64,000 nt of DNA, from NCBI GenBank assembly GCA_965222615.1, contig CBDCUI010000007.1, positions 576,001 through 640,000 of the forward strand, read 5' to 3'. A model generated the notes under the pieces. The model saw nothing but the letters and a program-made list of their open reading frames with translations, searched no databases and was not told the origin of the DNA. Position 1 is the first letter of the stretch. Each line of letters starts with the position of its first letter. This DNA is from Gammaproteobacteria bacterium (lineage in GTDB: Bacteria > Pseudomonadota > Gammaproteobacteria > UBA4575). The translations under genes were made by a program, and so were the position numbers. This document shows positions 17,829 through 27,261 of the stretch, piece by piece.

Positions 17829-19352
17829 ATGGAAAAACAAGATCCCACTCCTATTGAAGCGATTGACTTTACATCGCTAAACAAACATACAGAAAAAACT
17901 AAACCTGCTGAACAGATATCGGTAGGTAAAAACTCTAAATTGTGGTTGGCTTTTTTACTTCTCATCACCTGTGCTATTGGAGTATTTGTATTTCTGCCAA
18001 ACTTTGTACCAAAAAAGCAAGTTACGATTTCTCCTCCATCAAATACACCCATCGAAGCAGAACAAACACCAGAAATAACTGAACCTATAATAGAAGAATC
18101 TACAAAGTTATCAGCTGCAGAGCTAAGTAAACTCAAGGCTGAAACTGAGGAACTATTACTTCAAGTAATCAAGAAACAGGAATTACTACAGTCAAAAGGG
18201 ATTGAAAAATGGGCCAAGGAAGAATTCTCACAAGCTAGTTCTTATGCAACAACAGGTGATGAATATTTTCGTAAACAACAATATCCAGATGCAATAAATT
18301 CCTACCAACAAGCCATCGATGCCTTGCAACTCTTAGAAGATAATGTTGCACCCACCTTAGCCAAACACTTAGAGCAAGGTGAACACGCATTATTACAAGC
18401 CAATCGTGAAACAGCATTGTTTCATTTTGAGCTTGCTCAGGCGATTGACGCAGAAAACACACAGGCACTTAATGGTATAAAACGTGCTGAAACCATTGAA
18501 GAGCTATTTAAATTATTAGAACAGGGTGGAAATCTAGAAGCCGCAAATCGACTTGAAGATGCCAAACAAATTTATCAACAAGCCTTTGATTTAGATCCCT
18601 TATCCATTGAGGCAAAGACCGCAATTGCAAGAGTCTCAAAGCGTCTAGTTGAAATCAAATTCACTCAATTAATTGCGTCAGGCTATAGCTCTTTGGAAGC
18701 TAAGCAATTTAATGATGCACGCAAAGCATTCCTAGCCGCACAGAAACTAATGCCATCTTCCGAAAAAGCTAAGCAGGGTTTAAAAAAAGTAGCAACTGCA
18801 GTTCGCCGAGAGAAAATTTCCACTTTGACGGTTGAAGCTCAACATTTTGAAAACCTTGAAGAGTGGGAACATGCAATGCAAAGCTACCAACAGATTCTCA
18901 GCCTAGACTCGGCTTCCTCATTTGCGCAAAACGGTGTTGAACACAGTCAAAAACGAGCTGCTCTATTGCGAAATCTCGACGACTATCTCAAAAACCCTGA
19001 ACGATTATATTCTGAAGACGTTGCCAAAGAAGCAGGGAACTTATTAAATAAGGTTGCATCTTTACAAACACCTGGTGTGAAAATTTTGCAACGAGCTACC
19101 ACATTAAAAGAATTATTGGCTAGTGCCAGTCAGCCAGTCTCCATTATTTTACAGTCAGATAACCAAACCGATGTAGTAATATTTAAGGTTGGAAAGTTCG
19201 GTCGTTTTGAAAGTCATAAAGTAGAGCTTAAACCTGGTAAATATACTATCGTTGGATCGCGACCAGGATATCGAGATGTTAGAAAAGTGTTAACGATTAC
19301 TGCTGACATGACAAACAAAAATATTTTAGTTCGTTGCGAGGAACCAATATAA
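17829..19352 (+). CDS. membrane-anchored TPR-repeat protein with a C-terminal beta (PEGA-like) domain
   Basis: One TM near the N-terminus, repeated A...Y..A...DP TPR-like helices, C-terminal LKPGKYTIVGSRPGYRDVR; ATG 17829 preferred over TTG 17814. Confidence 0.75.
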   Translation: MEKQDPTPIEAIDFTSLNKHTEKTKPAEQISVGKNSKLWLAFLLLITCAIGVFVFLPNFVPKKQVTISPPSNTPIEAEQTPEITEPIIEESTKLSAAELSKLKAETEELLLQVIKKQELLQSKGIEKWAKEEFSQASSYATTGDEYFRKQQYPDAINSYQQAIDALQLLEDNVAPTLAKHLEQGEHALLQANRETALFHFELAQAIDAENTQALNGIKRAETIEELFKLLEQGGNLEAANRLEDAKQIYQQAFDLDPLSIEAKTAIARVSKRLVEIKFTQLIASGYSSLEAKQFNDARKAFLAAQKLMPSSEKAKQGLKKVATAVRREKISTLTVEAQHFENLEEWEHAMQSYQQILSLDSASSFAQNGVEHSQKRAALLRNLDDYLKNPERLYSEDVAKEAGNLLNKVASLQTPGVKILQRATTLKELLASASQPVSIILQSDNQTDVVIFKVGKFGRFESHKVELKPGKYTIVGSRPGYRDVRKVLTITADMTNKNILVRCEEPI

Positions 19353-19396
19353 ATTTTCAAGTTCTACTGCAAATAATTAACTACGTGTAATAGGAA

Positions 19397-21799
19397 ATGA
19401 TTAAACAAGTATGTGTAACGGATATTGGTGGGCCAAGATTTTATACTCATGCAGATTTTCCTCTTGCGATTGGGACGCACCCTGGGGCTGATATTCACAT
19501 CGAAAGCGACAATTCATCCTCACCTATTGCCTTTTTAATCATTATTGTCAATCGCACTTATATTGAAACGGAAAACAACTATGCCGATATATTAATTAAT
19601 AATGAGCGTGTAGTCGGCCAGCAAGAATTGCAGCATGACGATATCTTGCAAATTGAAAATACAACATTTCATTGTGAGCATATCGGCGACACTCTTTCTA
19701 TTTCTCTATATGATGATCAAGAGCATCTTGTTGCAACTGATCATGATGTTGCCTCTCACGGTGATTTAATTGAGCCAATTGAATTAAAAGAAGCATACCA
19801 AATACCAAAAAAGAACAAACTGGCTCGTTTATTATCAATTTTAGTTTTATTAGTTTTTGCGCTACTAGCTTTAGTCATTGGTTATATCTTTACAGCAAAA
19901 TCTCTATTAATCGAAATTGAACCGAAGCCAGACAGTGTTGCTTTAAGTGGAAAAATCTGGCCTTTAAAAATTAAGCACCGATACATCGTACAACCTGGAA
20001 AATATGCATTAGAAGTAAAAAAATCAGGTTATTACCCATTACAAGAGGAAATTAAAGTCACTCACCATCAAGCGCAAAGCCTATCCTTTGCGCTGAAAAA
20101 AAAGCCCGGTTACTTAAAAATAAATAGTCACCCCAGTGATGGTGTTCGTATTCTCATTGATGAAAAGGAATATGGAACCACGCCACTGGAAGAAATTGAG
20201 TTAGATGCTGGCTCTTATTCCGTACAAGCCTCTATTGATGATTATCAACTCTATACCACCCAGCTGGTCGTCGAAGGTAAAGAGCAACACCAAGAATTAA
20301 GCATAGAGCTGCTACCAAATTGGGCTGAAATATCGATTAACTCCAAACCTGGTAATGCTGAAGTTTGGATAAATGGAATGAACAAAGGCACCACGCCTTT
20401 GAAGCTAGATTTGCAAGCAGGTAGTTATACATTGGAACTACGTCATTCAGATTATTTACCCTATACATCTGATTTCTTAGTGGTTGCAAACGAACCTCAA
20501 GAATTGCCCTTAGCTGAGTTATTTAGCAACCCTAGTCATTTAGTCATCACTAGCGTCCCCTCTAAAGCCAAAGTATTACTGGCAGGTATTGAACAAGGCA
20601 TAACACCTTTAACTTTACGTTTAAACCCAAATACTGAACATTCTTTAACACTTAGCAGAGCCGGATTTAGGGATAATCAACAAACTGTTTTATTGAAACC
20701 AGGAGAACAGTCAACGCTTTCTGCTGAACTTGAAGCAATATTAGGGACAGTAGTATTCAATATACAACCGCAGGACTCTGAAGTATTTATTAATGGTAAA
20801 TTTACTGGTAGCGGTAACGTAAAACTTTCGCTCCCGAGTAGTCCACATAGAATAGAGGTTAGAAAGTCAGGTTATGAAGTTTTTGAAAAAATGATTACAC
20901 CTACAGCAGACTCGCCACAAATATTTGATGTGGTCTTAAATCGTATCACTAGTGCCACCAAGACCGATAAACCTAGTTTGATCCAAACTAGTCAGGGACA
21001 GGAATTAAAATTAATTTTTGGTGGCAAATTTTCTATGGGTGCTGCACGTCGTGAACAGGGTCGCCGTTCCAATGAAACTCTACACACCGTTGATCTACAG
21101 AGGCCTTTTTATATAAGTACAAATGAAGTTTCCAATGCACAATTTTTAGAGTTTAACCGCACACATAACTCTGGAATCTATAAAGGTAATGATTTATCTA
21201 GATCAAACCTACCGGTTGTGAATATAGAGTGGAATGATGCTGCAAAATATTGTAATTGGCTGAGTGAAAAAGAAGGTTTAGATAAGGTGTATAAACAAGA
21301 AGGTAATCAGTTAAAAGCCATCCATCCCATTCCTAACGGTTATAGGCTACCAACAGAAAGTGAATGGGAGTGGGTTGCACGCGTACAAGCTAGTGGCAAT
21401 ACACAAAGGTATATTTGGGGAGATACCTACCCGCCAAAGCAAGTTGTCGCGAACTTCGCCGATGTGTCAGCGGCAACGATATTAGATAGCGTAATCGAGG
21501 ACTACGATGATGGTTTCGCCATCAGTGCTCCGGTAAGAAGCTTCAAGTCTAATCACTTGGGAATTTTCAATCTAGGCGGTAACGTAGCAGAATGGTGTCA
21601 CGACTATCACAGTATTTACCCCAGCTTAAGTGACAAAGTATTTGTCGATCCCAGTGGTCCTTCGACAGGGGTAAATCACGTGATACGTGGTGCCTCTTGG
21701 ATGAGTGGAGATTTAAGTAGTACTCGCTTGAGTCACCGAGACAGAGCCAACAAAAAACGTGTTGATGTTGGCTTCCGTATCGCTAAATACATAGACTAA
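19397..21799 (+). CDS. FHA-like + TM + multiple PEGA + FGE-sulfatase (SUMF1/GldK-like) domain protein
   Basis: N-terminal INNERV...LQHDDILQI; repeated S.P..A.V.I.G...G.TP PEGA units; FSMG, EVSNAQF, PVVNIEWNDA, RLPTESEWE, GNVAEW, RGASW, GFR. Confidence 0.88.
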   Translation: MIKQVCVTDIGGPRFYTHADFPLAIGTHPGADIHIESDNSSSPIAFLIIIVNRTYIETENNYADILINNERVVGQQELQHDDILQIENTTFHCEHIGDTLSISLYDDQEHLVATDHDVASHGDLIEPIELKEAYQIPKKNKLARLLSILVLLVFALLALVIGYIFTAKSLLIEIEPKPDSVALSGKIWPLKIKHRYIVQPGKYALEVKKSGYYPLQEEIKVTHHQAQSLSFALKKKPGYLKINSHPSDGVRILIDEKEYGTTPLEEIELDAGSYSVQASIDDYQLYTTQLVVEGKEQHQELSIELLPNWAEISINSKPGNAEVWINGMNKGTTPLKLDLQAGSYTLELRHSDYLPYTSDFLVVANEPQELPLAELFSNPSHLVITSVPSKAKVLLAGIEQGITPLTLRLNPNTEHSLTLSRAGFRDNQQTVLLKPGEQSTLSAELEAILGTVVFNIQPQDSEVFINGKFTGSGNVKLSLPSSPHRIEVRKSGYEVFEKMITPTADSPQIFDVVLNRITSATKTDKPSLIQTSQGQELKLIFGGKFSMGAARREQGRRSNETLHTVDLQRPFYISTNEVSNAQFLEFNRTHNSGIYKGNDLSRSNLPVVNIEWNDAAKYCNWLSEKEGLDKVYKQEGNQLKAIHPIPNGYRLPTESEWEWVARVQASGNTQRYIWGDTYPPKQVVANFADVSAATILDSVIEDYDDGFAISAPVRSFKSNHLGIFNLGGNVAEWCHDYHSIYPSLSDKVFVDPSGPSTGVNHVIRGASWMSGDLSSTRLSHRDRANKKRVDVGFRIAKYID

Positions 21800-21803
21800 A
21801 GAT

Positions 21804-22046
21804 ATGAAAACTCAAAAAACCCTATTACTTATACTTATATCATTTGTATTTTATACAAGTAACCATTTTGCAATCGCAGAAGAAGCTACTACAGAAAAAA
21901 ACCAAGACACAGTTGAAGATGAAAGCACTACTGCTAGGCCAAAAATCAGTTCAAAGAAACGCAGCGAAGTTAAAAATTTGGAAGAATTTATTCCAAGTGA
22001 AGAAGTCTCCGCAGATAAACCAATTTCTTTCCCAATAGATATCTAG
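21804..22046 (+). CDS. small exported protein ending FPIDI
   Basis: Signal peptide, acidic linker, C-terminal EEFIPSEEVSADKPISFPIDI; 4-6 bp gaps to neighbours. Confidence 0.7.
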   Translation: MKTQKTLLLILISFVFYTSNHFAIAEEATTEKNQDTVEDESTTARPKISSKKRSEVKNLEEFIPSEEVSADKPISFPIDI

Positions 22047-22052
22047 TTAATA

Positions 22053-22850
22053 ATGAAAAAACATTATCCCTTTGAGTTTATATATCAAGTTTTTAGCTTA
22101 TTGATAATTGTAATCATTGTACATGCTGCATATGTCGCAGTAATTCGTCCTAATGCCGAAGCCGAACTGGAACAACAAGCTGCACAAATTAATATAGACA
22201 AAAACTATGTGCCAAAGCGTTCAATATATGTGTTGATACGCGACTATGAGCAAGAAGCATGTTTCATTCTAATGTTTTGGGCATTAGTAATTATGTCTTA
22301 TAAAGCAGCTAATTTATTTCGCGAACGCAGCTTACTTGAAAAAGACATATTACATGCCAAAGATGGCATGAAATTTTTACCACAAGACACACGCGAATTA
22401 TCCAGACAAATACAAAATCTACCTGAAGAAGAACATAATTATTTACTACCGCGTGCATTACAAGTTGCTCTACATAGATTTAGCTCCACGAAAAATATCC
22501 AAGACGTTTCATCAGCAACTAATATAGTTTGTGAATCAGAATCAGAACGTCTTGACTCTGAGTTATCAATTATCCGTTACATCACTTGGGCAATTCCCTC
22601 CATAGGATTTCTAGGAACCGTTCGTGGCATTGGTGATGCACTTGGACAAGCGCATAAAGCAGTAGAAGGAGATATAGCTGGTGTAACAGAAAGCTTAGGT
22701 GTGGCATTTAATTCAACACTTATTGCTTTGTGCATTAGTATATTCTTGATGTTTATTGTGCATCAGTTACAACTCCTACAAGAGAGGTTTATTTTAGATA
22801 CACAAAATTACTGCAACAACAATTTAATACGCCACCTACAAGTTCCATAG
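22053..22850 (+). CDS. MotA/TolQ/ExbB proton-channel family protein
   Basis: WAIPSIGFLGTVRGIG...SLGVAFNSTLIAL, the family's TM signature; about 4 TMs. Confidence 0.9.
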   Translation: MKKHYPFEFIYQVFSLLIIVIIVHAAYVAVIRPNAEAELEQQAAQINIDKNYVPKRSIYVLIRDYEQEACFILMFWALVIMSYKAANLFRERSLLEKDILHAKDGMKFLPQDTRELSRQIQNLPEEEHNYLLPRALQVALHRFSSTKNIQDVSSATNIVCESESERLDSELSIIRYITWAIPSIGFLGTVRGIGDALGQAHKAVEGDIAGVTESLGVAFNSTLIALCISIFLMFIVHQLQLLQERFILDTQNYCNNNLIRHLQVP

Positions 22851-22860
22851 CATCAGATAT

Positions 22861-24201
22861 ATGACGGCTGTAGTTGTTGATTTATATGATAGTGGTGTAC
22901 TAATTTGCGATGGAAATCGTATTCTTGCCAATAGTGCAAGCTTCGCTTTAATTGAATCTGATAACACCATCATTGTTGGTGAAACTGCTCAACAACAAGC
23001 ACACATTCGCCCACGGGAAATCAGTACACAATTTTGGCAACAACTGTCAAAAACTAGTAATACCAAGCACGTTGTAAGCAATGCTGAGATTGCATGTAGG
23101 CATTTGCAATACGTATGGGAACAGATTGAAGATCAAGCATATCAAGTCATTTTAGCCATTCCCAATGTATTAACTAAGCAAGATTTAGGGCTATTACTAG
23201 GTATTTGCGAAAAACTTTGCATAGCCGTTGCTGGCATTGTCAGTAAATCTGTACTTGCCCTGCATGGATATGCAGATGACTGTCGTGTTGTTTACCTAGA
23301 TATTTTACAACAACAAATCATCATTACAGAAATACTGCATAAAAAATCAAGCATATCAACATCAGATTCCAATTTATTTATAGACAACGGTATTCAACAT
23401 TTAACAAATAACCTAGCAAAACACATTGCCAAGAAATTTATTGCTGAAACGCGTTTTGACCCCTTACATGTTGCAGAAGATGAACAACTCTTTTATGACA
23501 AATTAGCCATGTGGTTATACCAGTTAGAATCAAGTGACAGTATACAATGCAGTTTAAGTTCAAGCTCTGGCGAATACCATGTTGAGATTCATAAAGACTA
23601 CTTATTGCTCTGCAATAAGAAAACATTTGATGCTATTGCTAATAGTTTAATGTCATTTGCGCAGGATCAAAAAAATGTCCTTATCATTTGTTCACCTACA
23701 TGTTTATCAATATTTGGATTACTCGATCATTTAATGTCACTTCCTGGCTGTGCGGTAAAAACCCTAAGCCACATCGATTTAGCTAAGCAAGCATTGCTTT
23801 ATGAAAATCAGATTAGCGCCAAAAGTGCTCAAATACATTACACAACATCACTTACTGACCAGGATTTGGCTTCGCTTGATTTAAACTTTAATTCTGGATC
23901 TTTATCAGATTTAAACAAAAAGCCTACACATCTACTAATAAACCATCATGCATATTCGCTTTCACAAACAAATTATCTGGCACAAGATAAACAAGGAGAG
24001 ATAACTATAGGCCTAGAATGCAGTCAAAGTAGTGTATGCAAAATCACGATGAATCAATTTTTAGTAAATGTTGAAAAAACGCAAAATGTGAAGCTTCATT
24101 TAAATGGAGTTGAAATTACGCAGCAACAATCTGTACAAATCGGTGACCGTCTGAGTATCAACAAAGATACTAATGAGCTATTTTTTATTAATGTGAATTA
24201 A
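22861..24201 (+). CDS. degenerate actin/Hsp70-like fold protein with C-terminal FHA-like region
   Basis: N-terminal VVVDLYDSG, IIVGETA, VILAIP, VYLDIL mirror ASKHA-fold strands; C-terminal LNGVEI...VQIGDRLSI; no signal peptide or TM. Confidence 0.55.
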   Translation: MTAVVVDLYDSGVLICDGNRILANSASFALIESDNTIIVGETAQQQAHIRPREISTQFWQQLSKTSNTKHVVSNAEIACRHLQYVWEQIEDQAYQVILAIPNVLTKQDLGLLLGICEKLCIAVAGIVSKSVLALHGYADDCRVVYLDILQQQIIITEILHKKSSISTSDSNLFIDNGIQHLTNNLAKHIAKKFIAETRFDPLHVAEDEQLFYDKLAMWLYQLESSDSIQCSLSSSSGEYHVEIHKDYLLLCNKKTFDAIANSLMSFAQDQKNVLIICSPTCLSIFGLLDHLMSLPGCAVKTLSHIDLAKQALLYENQISAKSAQIHYTTSLTDQDLASLDLNFNSGSLSDLNKKPTHLLINHHAYSLSQTNYLAQDKQGEITIGLECSQSSVCKITMNQFLVNVEKTQNVKLHLNGVEITQQQSVQIGDRLSINKDTNELFFINVN

Positions 24202-24202
24202 T

Positions 24203-25294
24203 ATGAAGCGAAGATCTGTCAATGCATTTAGTTTAGCTTTTTTGGATGTGATGTTTTGTGGATTTGGTGCGGTCATCCTATTTTTTATGATCATTAACGC
24301 TAATACTTATGAAAGAAGGGAAAAAATTAATGTTGTCGTTACTGGCGAGGCTGAAAAACTAGATGCTGAAGTTTTAGAAGGAAAAAAATTTCTTGTTGAG
24401 CTTAAAAACACACTGCAAAAAATAAATGAAGAGTTGGTGAAAACTCAAGGGCGCTCAAAAGAAGTCATTGAAAACATTACTGACAAAAAAGTTCAAATCG
24501 CACTACAACGCAAAGAAACCCTTGCTACGATCGAACAAATAAATAAGCTCAAGGCAGATTTAAAAGCACTTGAGGAGGCGAACCAGCGGCTAGAGGGCGG
24601 TGCTGCGAATGCACAATCACAAGGTGAACGGTTAAGATATTTTGCTGGGCAAGGGCAACGACAATATTTAACTGGCTTAAAAATGGGTGGCGAACGCATT
24701 TTGATTTTGGTTGATACATCCGCCAGTATGCTAGCAGATCGGATTATCAATATTTTACGTTTTCGCAATCTACCACAGACGGAAAGAATACGAGCAGCAA
24801 AATGGCAACAAGTATTGTACACCGTTGATTGGATCACTACGCGCATACCACCCTCTAGTAAATTTCAGATCTATACATTTAATGAGACCAGTTCGCCTGT
24901 TTATACAATAGAAGGTTCGCAGTGGTTAGACGGTGGCAATATTAAACATTTGAATACGGCTGTAGATAACTTCTTCGCAACTGCCCCAAATAAAGGGACA
25001 AGTCTATTAAATGCATTTCAGAGCATAAATAAACTTTCTCCACCACCCGATAACATTTATTTACTCACTGACGGGTTACCCACGCAAGGTGCGAACAAAT
25101 CAATTCGCTCAAAGATTAGCGCTAAGGATCGTAAAAAACTTTTTAATAAAGCCCTAAACAAACTGCCAACTGGCATACCCATTAATATAATTTTATTCCA
25201 TATGGAAGGAGATCCAGAGGCATCAAGCTTGTATTGGAAACTCGCGCAAAGATCCAATGGCGCATTTTTCAGTCCTTCCAAAGATTGGCCTTAG
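24203..25294 (+). CDS. TM + coiled-coil + von Willebrand A domain protein (ExbD/MotB-like N-terminus)
   Basis: FSLAFLDVMFCGFGAVILFF TM; heptad region; MIDAS DTSAS ... LLTDGLP. Confidence 0.85.
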   Translation: MKRRSVNAFSLAFLDVMFCGFGAVILFFMIINANTYERREKINVVVTGEAEKLDAEVLEGKKFLVELKNTLQKINEELVKTQGRSKEVIENITDKKVQIALQRKETLATIEQINKLKADLKALEEANQRLEGGAANAQSQGERLRYFAGQGQRQYLTGLKMGGERILILVDTSASMLADRIINILRFRNLPQTERIRAAKWQQVLYTVDWITTRIPPSSKFQIYTFNETSSPVYTIEGSQWLDGGNIKHLNTAVDNFFATAPNKGTSLLNAFQSINKLSPPPDNIYLLTDGLPTQGANKSIRSKISAKDRKKLFNKALNKLPTGIPINIILFHMEGDPEASSLYWKLAQRSNGAFFSPSKDWP

Positions 25295-25302
25295 TAAGAA
25301 AA

Positions 25303-26310
25303 ATGAAAAAACGTAGAAATATAGAAATATTTAACCTGTCTTTCTTAGACTGTGTTTGCTGCGGGTTCGGCGCACTTATACTGCTATTAGTACTATCAAA
25401 AACTGCAGAACCGATTATCTTCGAAGAGTACAGTAAGAATTTAGACAAGGTCGTAGCTAAACTTCATGAAGAACTCTATGAAATACGTGGTGAAACTCAT
25501 ATCCTGAACCGCGAATTGGTGAGCAAGAAAGAACAGCTTGCCCTTGAAGTTGAAAAGATCGCACGCCTGCAAGGTGATTTATCCTCTATTCTAGGACAAT
25601 TTTCGGCGTCAAAAGATGATGCAGTCATACAAAATAAAATTGAAGGACAACTTGCATCAGCTAAGCAGGATCTCACTGAAGAAATACGCCGTTTACAAGA
25701 ACAAGAGTTGCCACAACGCAGTGAGCCAGATGCCACTGTTGGAGGAATCCCTATTGATAGTGAATATATTATTTTTATTATCGATACATCTGGAAGTATG
25801 CAAAATCACGGTTGGGGCACTGTGCAACAAAAACTCCGTGAAGTATTAAATGTGTACCCAAAAGTAAAAGGTATGCAAGTGATGAATGACATGGGTGAAT
25901 ATATGTTTTCACAGTACACTGGTAAATGGATTCCAGATACGCCTGCGCGACGCAAAGTAGTGTTAAAACGTCTACGTAATTGGCAACCATTTAGTAACAG
26001 TAGTCCAGTTGAAGGAATCACGGCTGCAATACGAACTTTTTACTCTAAAAACAAAAAAATTAGTTTATACGTATTTGGCGATGAATTTACTGGCCCATCG
26101 ATACAATCTGTACTGCGCGAAGTAGACCTTATCAATAAAAAAGACAAATTTGGAAATCGTCGTGTTCGTATTCATGCAGTAGGCTTTCCTATTCAATTCA
26201 GTCGACCAGAAAGAGAACAAATTACTGGAATTCGGTTCGCCACGTTAATGCGTGCCCTGTGTGAACAAAACGGTGGAACATTTGTTGGATTGACTTCTCA
26301 TAGCCGTTAG
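25303..26310 (+). CDS. second TM + coiled-coil + vWA domain protein (paralog)
   Basis: FNLSFLDCVCCGFGALILLL TM; MIDAS DTSGS ... VFGDE, IHAVGF; ATG 25303 aligns with the paralog start. Confidence 0.85.
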   Translation: MKKRRNIEIFNLSFLDCVCCGFGALILLLVLSKTAEPIIFEEYSKNLDKVVAKLHEELYEIRGETHILNRELVSKKEQLALEVEKIARLQGDLSSILGQFSASKDDAVIQNKIEGQLASAKQDLTEEIRRLQEQELPQRSEPDATVGGIPIDSEYIIFIIDTSGSMQNHGWGTVQQKLREVLNVYPKVKGMQVMNDMGEYMFSQYTGKWIPDTPARRKVVLKRLRNWQPFSNSSPVEGITAAIRTFYSKNKKISLYVFGDEFTGPSIQSVLREVDLINKKDKFGNRRVRIHAVGFPIQFSRPEREQITGIRFATLMRALCEQNGGTFVGLTSHSR

Positions 26311-26329
26311 AGAGGTTATTCAAACTTAA

Positions 26330-26480
26330 GGGGTCTCTGATTAATTCAGAGGTTCTGCGATACAAGGACTTGCCACCAAAATCGATGATCACAGACCGTT
26401 GATTTTGAAAGCAACGTAGAAATCACATTTTTTTACATTGCATGCGCTGAGAATTCATGAATGAATTATGCAGAGCTTCC
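26330..26480. mobile_element. MITE-like element with IS5-like terminal inverted repeats
   Basis: GGGGTCTCTGATTAATTCA ... TGAATTATGCAGAGCTTCC (14/19 IR), TTAA on both flanks, no ORF. Confidence 0.65.
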
Positions 26481-26662
26481 TTAACAATTTAGCAGCGACT
26501 AGTTTACTGCTGCATATTGTGATTAACTGATTGAAGTAACATAGTTTTATATTAATTCTTACTTTTTCTAGCAAAATAAACACGAAACCCCTAATTCATT
26601 TTATCGTGAGAAATATACCATTCACATCTTCAAAACCGTCTTATCTATTCAAGGAGTACAAA

Positions 26663-27232
26663 ATGTCACCACTTAACGTTTATCAAATTTTGAATTTCAA
26701 ACGGTTGGGAAATTTTAAAAGTATTTGCGGCTTACTATGCCTAACATCGCTTATTTTAATTGCATGTGGTGGAAACAATAATGAAACACCTGCTACAACT
26801 GAAGAATCTACAACTTCTTCTGTTCAAGTAGAACAAGCTAGCGACAGTGATATTGTCGCAGAGGTACATGCCAATAAAGAAAAATGGTTATCAAATGAAA
26901 TTAAACAGTATGAAATTGAAATACAGAAAATATGTTTTTGTGAACCAGATGCTGTTCGTTTAATGATATTCCATGTAGAGAATAATGAAATACAAGATGT
27001 ACGTTATGCAGATTCTGGTGAACAGGTAGATCCTAGTCATTATAACGAATTAAACACAATAGAAGGAATGTTTACATTAGTGGAACAAGCATTAGATAAA
27101 AACCCTGCAGATATTAGCATTGCTTATGATACAGAGTATGGTTACATTAAAGAACTTACTGTTGATTACCATGAAAATATAGCGGACGACGAGTTCACAT
27201 TTATTGCTTCTAATATGAAACAGAAAAAATAA
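26663..27232 (+). CDS. lipoprotein, DUF6174-like
   Basis: AAGGAG before ATG 26663; lipobox LIAC; KW...Y....ICFC, TIEGMF, YDTEYGY, DDEF motifs. Confidence 0.7.
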   Translation: MSPLNVYQILNFKRLGNFKSICGLLCLTSLILIACGGNNNETPATTEESTTSSVQVEQASDSDIVAEVHANKEKWLSNEIKQYEIEIQKICFCEPDAVRLMIFHVENNEIQDVRYADSGEQVDPSHYNELNTIEGMFTLVEQALDKNPADISIAYDTEYGYIKELTVDYHENIADDEFTFIASNMKQKK

Positions 27233-27261
27233 TTAAAATAAATTTATGGGTTGAGCTTTGT

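Noticed and set aside
21400-21799. DGR variable region in the FGE-type domain
   Set aside because: No template repeat or reverse transcriptase seen in the window.
22053-26310. Zorya, Tol-Pal or TonB-ExbBD assignment
   Set aside because: No OmpA-like ZorB domain, long ZorA tail, ZorC/D/E, TolA/TolB/Pal, TonB or receptor; the partners end in vWA domains.
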